Source of the DNA: Alphaproteobacteria bacterium
Lineage (GTDB): Bacteria; Pseudomonadota; Alphaproteobacteria; RF32; CAG-239
DNA length: 64,000 nucleotides
Direction of reading: 5' to 3'
Assembly: GCA_045597005.1 (NCBI GenBank)
Contig: JAZODJ010000025.1
Location: 6,391 to 70,390 of the forward strand
Shown here: one piece after another, positions 57,128-64,000 of the stretch
How positions within the stretch are numbered: the first letter of the stretch is position 1
Layout: each line of letters begins with the position of its first letter
Position numbers and translations under genes: made by a program
The notes under the pieces: generated by a model
Database searches by the model: none
Seen by the model: only the letters and a program-made list of their open reading frames with translations
Told to the model about the DNA's origin: nothing

Positions 57128-58421
57128 GGACTTAAAGAATAAAAACATTATCATTTGGGGGATGGGAACCGAAGGACAAGCGGTTAAGTCTTATCTTGAA
57201 AAGCATAATATCACCAAAAACATATATACTTACAACGACAGTGACGGAGCAGACAAACTTAATGAATTGGCATCTCAATCGGATATAATTGTTCGTTCCC
57301 CCGGTGTCAGTATCTATAGACCGGAATTTGCCGAATTAAAAAAACGCGGATTAAAAACAACTTCCAGTTCTAATTTATTTTTAGCTGAAATGAAGGCCAA
57401 TCATCCTAATACCAAAGTAATCGGAATTACCGGTTCAAAAGGTAAAACATTGAGTGTCAGTATGACATACCATATGTTGAAAAGTTTGGGCTTAAAAGTT
57501 GCTCTTGGCGGTAATATCGGAAAAGCTCTGATTGATTTATTGGATGATGATAACGATTATATCATTGGTGAATTTTCGAGTTATCAAGCATCAGATATTG
57601 AAAATTCACCGGACATTGTTATGTTTACCAATTTGTTTTCGGTTCATACCGATTGGCATAAAGGTCATGAAGGATACTGTCGCGATAAAGTTCACTTAGC
57701 CTTCAAATCAGATATAGCGGTGGTCAACGTTAACAATAACGAGCTGATGCATTATAGTGAAACCTTACCCAAACGCTTGTTTTATGGCAATACAGACGGT
57801 TTTTATGCTAAAGGAAAAGAGTTGCTATACAAAGAAGAAGTTATTTGTAATATTGATGAATTGCAAATTAACGGTAACCACAATATGGAAAACTTGGCCG
57901 GTGTTATGACTGTTTTGGAATATTTGGGACTAGATTGGCGACAAGCACTTAAATCATTGCCGAAATTTGAACAAGTTGCCCATCGCCTACAGGATATCGG
58001 TACAATTAATGGTATTCGCTTTATCAATGATAGTATTTCAACAGCTCCGGAAGCAGCTATAAGCGGTATGAAAAGCTTTTCAGACAATATGGCTATAATT
58101 TCCGGAGGCACGATTAATCAGCAAGATTATACCGAATATGCTAAATTTATCGAAGCTAGTCCCAATGTTAAAATTGCGGTTACATTGTTTCAATGTGGTC
58201 CGCAAATTGCCGAAAGTATCAAAAAATATGTCAAACGTCCTGATTTTAAACTGATTGAAGCCCAAAATTTGCAACAAGCCGTATCTTCAGCATATAACGA
58301 GTTGTTGCAAAACAATGGTTCGTTAGTATTGTTTTCTCCGACAGCTCCAAGTTTTGGTTTTTATAAAAATTTTATGGAGCGCGGTGAAGACTTTATCAGA
58401 TGTGTTAACTCTTTAAAATAA
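57117..58421 (+). CDS. murD: UDP-N-acetylmuramoylalanine--D-glutamate ligase
   Basis: Motifs GMGTEGQAV, GITGSKGKT and HRLQDIG..NGIRFINDSISTAPEA are present. It overlaps the channel gene by 11 nt. Confidence 0.85.
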   Translation: MLIKDLKNKNIIIWGMGTEGQAVKSYLEKHNITKNIYTYNDSDGADKLNELASQSDIIVRSPGVSIYRPEFAELKKRGLKTTSSSNLFLAEMKANHPNTKVIGITGSKGKTLSVSMTYHMLKSLGLKVALGGNIGKALIDLLDDDNDYIIGEFSSYQASDIENSPDIVMFTNLFSVHTDWHKGHEGYCRDKVHLAFKSDIAVVNVNNNELMHYSETLPKRLFYGNTDGFYAKGKELLYKEEVICNIDELQINGNHNMENLAGVMTVLEYLGLDWRQALKSLPKFEQVAHRLQDIGTINGIRFINDSISTAPEAAISGMKSFSDNMAIISGGTINQQDYTEYAKFIEASPNVKIAVTLFQCGPQIAESIKKYVKRPDFKLIEAQNLQQAVSSAYNELLQNNGSLVLFSPTAPSFGFYKNFMERGEDFIRCVNSLK

Positions 58422-59097
58422 AGCAAAAATAACGGTTATTATACATTACACTCAAAGTCGTATTAAAAACGACATTCGCACAACAGATGTTGATACACAT
58501 ACTTTAATGTTATACGGCGAATACAAACCGTCGCAATGGTTTGTTAACGGGGTATTTAGTTTTGGCTGGTCTGATTATTCGCAAAAAGCTTCAAACGGTA
58601 TAGTATCTGTTAGTTCAGACTTTGATGTTTATGCAACGGCATTGTTGTTGAACACCGGTTATGAAGCTAAAATAAGCAAGTCAACAACAGTAACTCCATA
58701 TGTCGGAATGCGTTATTTGAATGTTGTTCAAGATGATTATATCGATAGCGACAACAAACAAATTTCGACAGATAATAGCGATTTGCTGACATTCACCGCT
58801 GCAACAAAAGTTAAAACAGACTTTAATATCGATGAAGATACAACAATCACACCGGAAGTTCGTTTTGGTTTAACCTATGATGCATTAAGCGATAGCGGCA
58901 ACAGCATTGTAAGTTTGTCAAATGGAGCATCATATGAAGTAAAGACCAGACGTTTGGATCGTTTTGGTGTTGAAATCGGTGCAGGTGTTTCGGCTTTTGT
59001 TAATGATAATTGGGAAATTACCGCCGGATATGAAGGTAAGTTCAAACAAGATTATCAAGATCACACCGGAACTTTTGATATTAAATACAATTTTTAG
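58417..59097 (+). pseudogene. autotransporter beta-barrel domain remnant (passenger and barrel N-terminus missing)
   Basis: The frame opens inside the last codons of murD (58417). ...THTLMLYGEYKPSQWFVNGVFSFGWSDY...GYEGKFKQDYQDHTGTFDIKYNF is a typical autotransporter barrel C-terminus ending in F. Confidence 0.6.
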
Positions 59098-59122
59098 TAT
59101 TTGAAATATCTGCAATATTAAA

Positions 59123-59157
59123 ACAGCTCCCTATATAAAATTAGGGGCTGTTTTTTT
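59123..59157 (+). terminator. rho-independent terminator
   Basis: Hairpin acagctccc / ggggctgt is followed by ttttttt. Confidence 0.7.
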
Positions 59158-59208
59158 ATACTGTTTAATCTGAATAAGAGTTCTTTAATAATTTATTTGT
59201 ATACTACA

Positions 59209-59237
59209 TTGACAATTACAATAATAATATGTAGTAT
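59209..59237 (+). promoter_or_regulatory. putative sigma70-type promoter (TTGACA-17-TAGTAT)
   Basis: Hexamers with 17-nt spacing lie ~45 nt upstream of the 59282 ATG. Confidence 0.4.
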
Positions 59238-59281
59238 CAATCTGTTTTTTTTAATGTTTAAGAGGTACCTGATTTTATATT

Positions 59282-60619
59282 ATGACGCCCGTTTATATGT
59301 ATGTTATTAATATTGCTTTAGTTTTGTTTTTGGTTTTTGCTAATGCGTTTTTTGTAGTATCGGAATTTTCTATTGTTAAGATTAGGCGTACAAAACTTGA
59401 GGAGCTTGCTCATCAAGGGAACAAGCGCGCTAAAATAGCATTGAAAATAAACGATAGACTTAATACATATCTTAGTGCAATACAATTAGGTATCACAATT
59501 GCATCATTGGGACTTGGTTGGATCGGTGAACCAGCCGTTTCAAAGCTTTTAGAGCAGTGTTTTGGTGGTTGGTTAGCTGATAATCCGGTATTGCTCCATT
59601 CGTTAAGCTTTGGTATAGCGTTTACATTTATAACATTGTTGCACGTTGTTTTGGGCGAACTGGTTCCTAAATCATTGGCAATTCAAGATACGGAACGTTA
59701 TGTGTTACGTATTGCTCCAACGTTGTATACATTTAATCGCATATTTGCCCCGTTTATTTGGATTTTTGACCATGTTTCAATTTGGATATTAAAAATGATG
59801 GGGGTTCCTCAAACTAACGAAGATGAAAATGCTCATTCCGAAGAAGAAATCAAAATTATTATTGATGCTTCGCAAAAAGGCGGAATTATTGACGAAACCG
59901 AGAGTGAGATTATCCAAAACGCCATCGATTTTTCAGAGATTTGTGCCTATGAAATAATGATGCCCAGACAAGATATTAAATGTCTATATACCAACAATAC
60001 ATTTGAAGAAGCTCTCGAGTTCATCAAAACTCACAATCACAATCGTTTTCCGATTTGTGATGAAGACAAAGATCATATTGTAGGTATGGTACATATCAGA
60101 GATTTTTTGGAACACAGCGCAGAGAAAACCGACAAAGACTTTTTAAATAAAATCAAACGTGAAATAATTTTTGTTCCGGAAAATAAATCTATTTCAGAAA
60201 TTTTGCACGAAATGATGTGTAAGCGAATTCATTTAGCGATAGTTGTTGATGAGTATGGCGGAACAGCAGGAATGCTCACAATGGAAGACATTTTAGAAGA
60301 ATTAGTCGGCGACATATGGGATGAACACGATGCTTTGGGATGCGAGGCAATCAAAAAAATTGATGAACTCGTATGTGAGTTTGACGGAGCTGTTTTAATA
60401 GAAGAAGCTTTTGATTGTATGGAATTGCCCAATATAGAACATGAGGAATCTACCGTAGGTGGATATGTATTCGGACTTTTGGGACAGGTTGCCAAAGTAG
60501 GGGATAAAGTTGAAGATGACTTTTGTTATTACGAAGTTGTTGCTACCGACAATATGAGAATAAAAAGAATAAAAATGACTAAAAAAAATATCTCTGTTGA
60601 AGACGAAGATGTTGAATAA
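59282..60619 (+). CDS. hemolysin-family/CNNM protein (DUF21 - CBS pair - CorC_HlyC), TlyC-like
   Basis: It has a DUF21 TM region (...SEFSIVKIRRTKL...), a CBS pair (IMMPRQDI..., HLAIVVDEYGGTAGMLTMEDILEELVG) and a C-terminal CorC domain. Confidence 0.88.
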   Translation: MTPVYMYVINIALVLFLVFANAFFVVSEFSIVKIRRTKLEELAHQGNKRAKIALKINDRLNTYLSAIQLGITIASLGLGWIGEPAVSKLLEQCFGGWLADNPVLLHSLSFGIAFTFITLLHVVLGELVPKSLAIQDTERYVLRIAPTLYTFNRIFAPFIWIFDHVSIWILKMMGVPQTNEDENAHSEEEIKIIIDASQKGGIIDETESEIIQNAIDFSEICAYEIMMPRQDIKCLYTNNTFEEALEFIKTHNHNRFPICDEDKDHIVGMVHIRDFLEHSAEKTDKDFLNKIKREIIFVPENKSISEILHEMMCKRIHLAIVVDEYGGTAGMLTMEDILEELVGDIWDEHDALGCEAIKKIDELVCEFDGAVLIEEAFDCMELPNIEHEESTVGGYVFGLLGQVAKVGDKVEDDFCYYEVVATDNMRIKRIKMTKKNISVEDEDVE

Positions 60620-60634
60620 CAGTACAAAAAATGG

Positions 60635-60669
60635 AAACAGCTCCTTTAAGAAAAAAGGAGCTGTTTTTT
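60635..60669. terminator. bidirectional terminator between tlyC-like gene and tRNA-Thr
   Basis: The 12-bp stem aaacagctcctt / aaggagctgttt is followed by a T tract. The tRNA 3' end lies 7 nt away. Confidence 0.75.
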
Positions 60670-60675
60670 ATAAAC

Positions 60676-60751
<76 letters not shown>

Positions 60752-60893
60752 ATCAAAATCCAAAAGGTTTGTATTATATTTTTTTTGTTTTAGCAAGCAG
60801 TTTTTTTATTCAATTGACAAAATAGCATATACATATTAAAAACACAAAACAATACAACTATTACTTTATATATAACCTAATAAATAATCGCTT

Positions 60894-61466
60894 ATGAACA
60901 AGATCAATAAATTAGAAGCTTTCATTGCCGAACTGGGGCTTAATGATTGCGAACTTGAACAATGGTATCAAAACCGTCAAAAGCAAGCAAAACCGGCAGA
61001 AGATAAGACAAAGGTAAAGCCAAAATTTTCTCTTCCGTTGGTTTATTACAAAGAAAAAGTTCTTTGTGTCGTAAGGGAGTTTGATTCAACACACAAAAAT
61101 CTGATTTGGGGAATCGAAATTGCTCCGGGGACAGTAATTTCCATAAAAAAACATTCCTATTGTAGTAATTGGAATGAAGCAAAAAATGTTGTTTCTATGT
61201 TGGAAATGGGAACCAGTGGCAGACTGCCATCAAGACATATGTTAGAAAAATGGATTGATGCAGAAACCCTTATCAAATTCAAAGAAACGTTAGCTTTTTT
61301 GCAGAATGTCGGTGTTGATGTTGACTATGGTGCAGACCGCATCTGGTGTAGGGAAGAATATGGCAGTAATGAAGCCTATTTATACCTCTTAGAGAGTCTT
61401 CAGAGTGTTACTTGTAACAAGTGTGAAAATAACAATGAACATCGCATAACGGTTACATTTGTTTAA
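60894..61466 (+). CDS. hypothetical protein, DUF1566 (Lcl C-terminal)-like
   Basis: ...WNEAKNVVSMLEMGTSGRLPSRHMLEKW... and ...IWCREEYGSNEAYLY...HRITVTF resemble the DUF1566 pattern (W.eA...g.wRLPt..EL ... yWs...). Confidence 0.45.
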   Translation: MNKINKLEAFIAELGLNDCELEQWYQNRQKQAKPAEDKTKVKPKFSLPLVYYKEKVLCVVREFDSTHKNLIWGIEIAPGTVISIKKHSYCSNWNEAKNVVSMLEMGTSGRLPSRHMLEKWIDAETLIKFKETLAFLQNVGVDVDYGADRIWCREEYGSNEAYLYLLESLQSVTCNKCENNNEHRITVTFV

Positions 61467-61487
61467 ATCAAGTTTTCAAAAACAAAA

Positions 61488-61521
61488 AAAGGCGTCATCT
61501 GTAAAAACAGGCGACGCCTTT
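61488..61521. terminator. bidirectional terminator between convergent genes
   Basis: Hairpin aaaggcgtc / gacgccttt, with A and T runs on either side. Confidence 0.7.
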
Positions 61522-61543
61522 TGTCATAAATCTGTTTTCCTGT

Positions 61544-61990
61544 CTAATTTTTTCCGCTGGAACCAAATCCCTTTGCACCACGTTCGGTTTCAGATAGTTC
61601 TTCGACAGTGCAAACTTCGGGTTTATAAACCGGACAAACCACAATTTGAGCGATTCGGTCAAATGGAGCAATCTCGACCGGATGATTATTAAAATTGAAA
61701 ACATTAACCTTAAATTCTCCGCGATATGATACATCAACCGTTCCAAGCTGAGCTACAATACCGTTTTTTGTCATACCGGAACGAGGTCTTATCTGAATTT
61801 CGACTGACAAATTATTTTCGGTAGGATAATCGGTAATTTCCAGACAAAACCCTGCCGGAATAGTGGCGATTCCGTGTGCCGGAATAGAAATAGGTTCATC
61901 AATGGCTGCTCTTATATCATAACCGCTGTCGCCGTCTTTGCTTGTTAATAACGGCAAATTTTTGTTCAAATATTTAACGCACATTTTCAT
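61544..61990 (-). CDS. dut: dUTP diphosphatase
   Basis: The five dUTPase motifs are present: GDSGYDIRA, RPRSG, GTVDVSYRGE, RIAQIVV and RGAKGFGSSG. The start is taken at the internal M (MKMCVKYL...). My hand count of this region disagreed by 1 nt with the ORF track, so I followed the track. Confidence 0.88.
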   Translation of the reverse strand: MKMCVKYLNKNLPLLTSKDGDSGYDIRAAIDEPISIPAHGIATIPAGFCLEITDYPTENNLSVEIQIRPRSGMTKNGIVAQLGTVDVSYRGEFKVNVFNFNNHPVEIAPFDRIAQIVVCPVYKPEVCTVEELSETERGAKGFGSSGKN

Positions 61991-62188
61991 CTGTATTACT
62001 CTCCTTAGTTTTTCTGGATTTTTAAACAAAAATAATGTTTTTTCAAGCCCCAATTTAATACATATGAATATACTTTATTAGCATTTTGAAATATTTTGTT
62101 ATTTGTTTTTTAACAATTTGCCTTATAGACTTTTGTCATAGTCAGGAACGACTATGTTGTTAAATTTAACAAAACAAGGAGACTTTTT

Positions 62189-62992
62189 ATGAAATTTAGA
62201 ACTATGTTGCTCGCTACAGCTGCTGTTATGGTAGCATCTACTGCTTCTGCAAAAGATATCGCAGATTTCACTAACCCGTTCTCTTTGCCTACAGAAGGCA
62301 AAATTTTGTCTGATACACGCTTTGAATATGGCCGTACTCATCTTGATTTTGGAGGTGCAGAATTGGTTTCAGAAGACAAATATGCTTCTGAAGATTTAAC
62401 ATTTGGTCTTGGTAACGGTTTTGCTGTAGTAGCTCACATCGGCAATAGCTTTACAGAACATAATGAATACAACAACGATCATAACTTTGATTATGGTTTG
62501 GGTGTAAAATACAACCATGACTTTGGCAAAGTTTTGACTCAAGTCGGTGCCGGCATTTCTGCTTATGATCCGCAAAGTTTCTATGGTCAAGATTATACTG
62601 AAGAAGATGATAATCGTTGGAATAAATCTATGAACGCATATGCAATGGTCGGTTATGACGCAGGTTGCTTGACACCTTATACAAAATTTGCTGTTGATGG
62701 AGATATTGATACTAACAACAACGAACAAGAATACATTTGGTCTTTGGGTGTTCATAAAAAATGGGAAAAAGTATCAGCTGATGTTTCTGTAGATTATATC
62801 TTTGGTGATGAAGATATGGGGGCAAAAGGAGATTTGGAATATGAATTATTCTACCTCAATGCTGAAGCTAACTACTTCGTAACAGACAACTTTGCTGTTG
62901 GTGCTTATGGTTCTTACTATCTTGGCGGTGAAGGCCGTAAAGATGTAGACTACGACTATACTGTAGGTTTGTCTGCAAGAGTATTGTTCTAA
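62189..62992 (+). CDS. outer-membrane beta-barrel protein (porin/OMP-like)
   Basis: It has the signal peptide MKFRTMLLATAAVMVASTASA, alternating aromatic/Gly beta-strand patterns and a C-terminal ...GLSARVLF. Confidence 0.75.
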   Translation: MKFRTMLLATAAVMVASTASAKDIADFTNPFSLPTEGKILSDTRFEYGRTHLDFGGAELVSEDKYASEDLTFGLGNGFAVVAHIGNSFTEHNEYNNDHNFDYGLGVKYNHDFGKVLTQVGAGISAYDPQSFYGQDYTEEDDNRWNKSMNAYAMVGYDAGCLTPYTKFAVDGDIDTNNNEQEYIWSLGVHKKWEKVSADVSVDYIFGDEDMGAKGDLEYELFYLNAEANYFVTDNFAVGAYGSYYLGGEGRKDVDYDYTVGLSARVLF

Positions 62993-63009
62993 ATTTCAAA
63001 TTGAACAAA

Positions 63010-63047
63010 AGGCGTCCTTTTACAAGCGTAAAAGGGCGCTTTTTTTC
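63010..63047 (+). terminator. rho-independent terminator
   Basis: An imperfect hairpin ggcgtccttt / aaagggcgc is followed by ttttttt. Confidence 0.6.
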
Positions 63048-63096
63048 TTGCTTTTAATCTTACGGATTATATGATGTCCTATGAAAGGATTATCCG

Positions 63097-64000
63097 ATGA
63101 AACTAAACAAAAGCTTTTATTTATTCTTGATTTGTCATCTTATAATTTGGTCTGTATTACCGATTTTGCTTCGTCCAAATCTTCCGATGGACAGTGCCGA
63201 AGCGCTTGTTTGGGGATTTATAGGCGAATGGGGGACAAACAAACATCCGCCAGTTTCCGGTTTTTTTGCTTGGCTGATTTATAACCTGACATCACATCCG
63301 GCTTCGCTTTATGTTTTAAGTCAGTTATTTATTATTGGCGGTTTCATCTATATCTTTAAGTTGGCAAAGTTGTTCTTGCCGGAAAACAAGTCTCTCATAG
63401 CTACTCTTATATTGGAGGGAGTAGCCTATTATAGTCTTGTAACGCCGGAATATAATGTTAATATTATTGCATTGATGCTTTGGCCAGCCGCAACTTATCA
63501 TTTTTATTTAAGTATCAAATTTAACAAGCTTAAAGATTGGTTTTTGTTTGGTTTGTTTGCCGGCTTAAATATCTTAACCAAATACGTTTCCGGAATTTTG
63601 CTTGTATGTTTTGTTTTATATTTAGTATTTACCAAAGAGGGAAGAGCTTGTTTAAAGTCATACAAACTATATTTTGCCGGATTGGTTGGTCTGGCTGTCA
63701 TTGCTCCGCATCTTTGGTGGCTTCATCAGCACGATTATTTTGTAATCGATTACTTTTTAGGACGCTCCGGTGGAGGCAAACAATTGCCGTATGGACTATC
63801 CCATCTTGTTTATCCGCTAAAGTTTATTGGCTCACAATTAATGACTTCAGCTTTTGCAATTATTGCGTTGTTGGTTGCACGTCGTTTTAGCCAAAAACAA
63901 GACATTAACACCTCAAAATCAGATCGTACATTTATTTTTTATGTTGGTATTTTGCCGGTTTTGCTAATGGCATCGATATCACTTATATTAGGTATAAAGC
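63097..64000 (+). CDS. glycosyltransferase family 39 (ArnT/PMT-like) membrane protein, 5' part (continues beyond window)
   Basis: This frame is not in the ORF track because it has no stop before the window end. My translation is MKLNKSFYLFLICHLIIWSVLPILLRPNLPMDSAEALVWGFIGEWGTNKHPPVSGFF...GLNILTKYVSGILL..., which is multi-TM with the LP.D..E...WG signature of GT39/ArnT-like enzymes. Confidence 0.7.
   Translation, partial: MKLNKSFYLFLICHLIIWSVLPILLRPNLPMDSAEALVWGFIGEWGTNKHPPVSGFFAWLIYNLTSHPASLYVLSQLFIIGGFIYIFKLAKLFLPENKSLIATLILEGVAYYSLVTPEYNVNIIALMLWPAATYHFYLSIKFNKLKDWFLFGLFAGLNILTKYVSGILLVCFVLYLVFTKEGRACLKSYKLYFAGLVGLAVIAPHLWWLHQHDYFVIDYFLGRSGGGKQLPYGLSHLVYPLKFIGSQLMTSAFAIIALLVARRFSQKQDINTSKSDRTFIFYVGILPVLLMASISLILGIK

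Noticed and set aside
63081-63890. Track ORFs 63081..63284 (+), 63504..63701 (-) and 63537..63890 (+).
   Set aside because: They are out of frame with, or antisense to, the long GT39-like frame that starts at 63097, and their sequences are not protein-like.

Overview
This is a 64-kb chromosomal segment from an AT-rich bacterium. By inference it is an Alphaproteobacterium, possibly host-associated. The supporting signatures are a ChpT-type phosphotransferase, an hflK-hflC-degP-holC block, TrmFO, a large charged insertion in the S1 region of RNase E, an Ala/Glu tail on S16 and hpnCDE. Most of the window is core: a flagellin/FlgL-family 3' fragment, mrp/apbC, hflKC, an HtrA protease, holC, an M48 protease, rne, an amidase, PBP1A, prfB with its programmed +1 frameshift, an AsmA/YhdP-like giant protein, trmFO, hpnC-hpnD-hpnE, an M16 peptidase, rnhA, kdsB, the ffh-rpsP-rimM-trmD-rplS block, hisS, an MscK-like channel, murD, a CNNM/TlyC protein, dut, tRNA-Glu(CUC) and tRNA-Thr(CGU). 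A glycosyltransferase-39 gene runs off the 3' edge and is missing from the ORF track. Between the core genes are several accessory patches. (1) An AlbA_2/Schlafen-like gene is translationally coupled to rnhA. (2) A ~6.5-kb island of orphan genes lies between kdsB and tRNA-Glu. It holds an atypical-composition two-gene cassette, an alkaline-phosphatase-superfamily protein plus lipoprotein, a GH108-like remnant, an internally duplicated protein, a kinase-like protein and an HD protein, and it ends at a 12-nt duplication of the tRNA 3' end. (3) An operon encodes a secreted protein, a ChpT-like Hpt, a CheY and a CheR, with no CheA, CheW or MCP nearby. (4) A second, divergent HisRS-like gene sits next to hisS together with pip. 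(5) An aspartate-semialdehyde-dehydrogenase homolog appears to lack every catalytic signature. (6) There is a Cys-rich secreted repeat protein. I saw no rRNA, CRISPR array, transposase or integrase. All functional calls rest on motif recognition by eye. No database search was possible, and hand-counted coordinates may be off by 1-2 nt.
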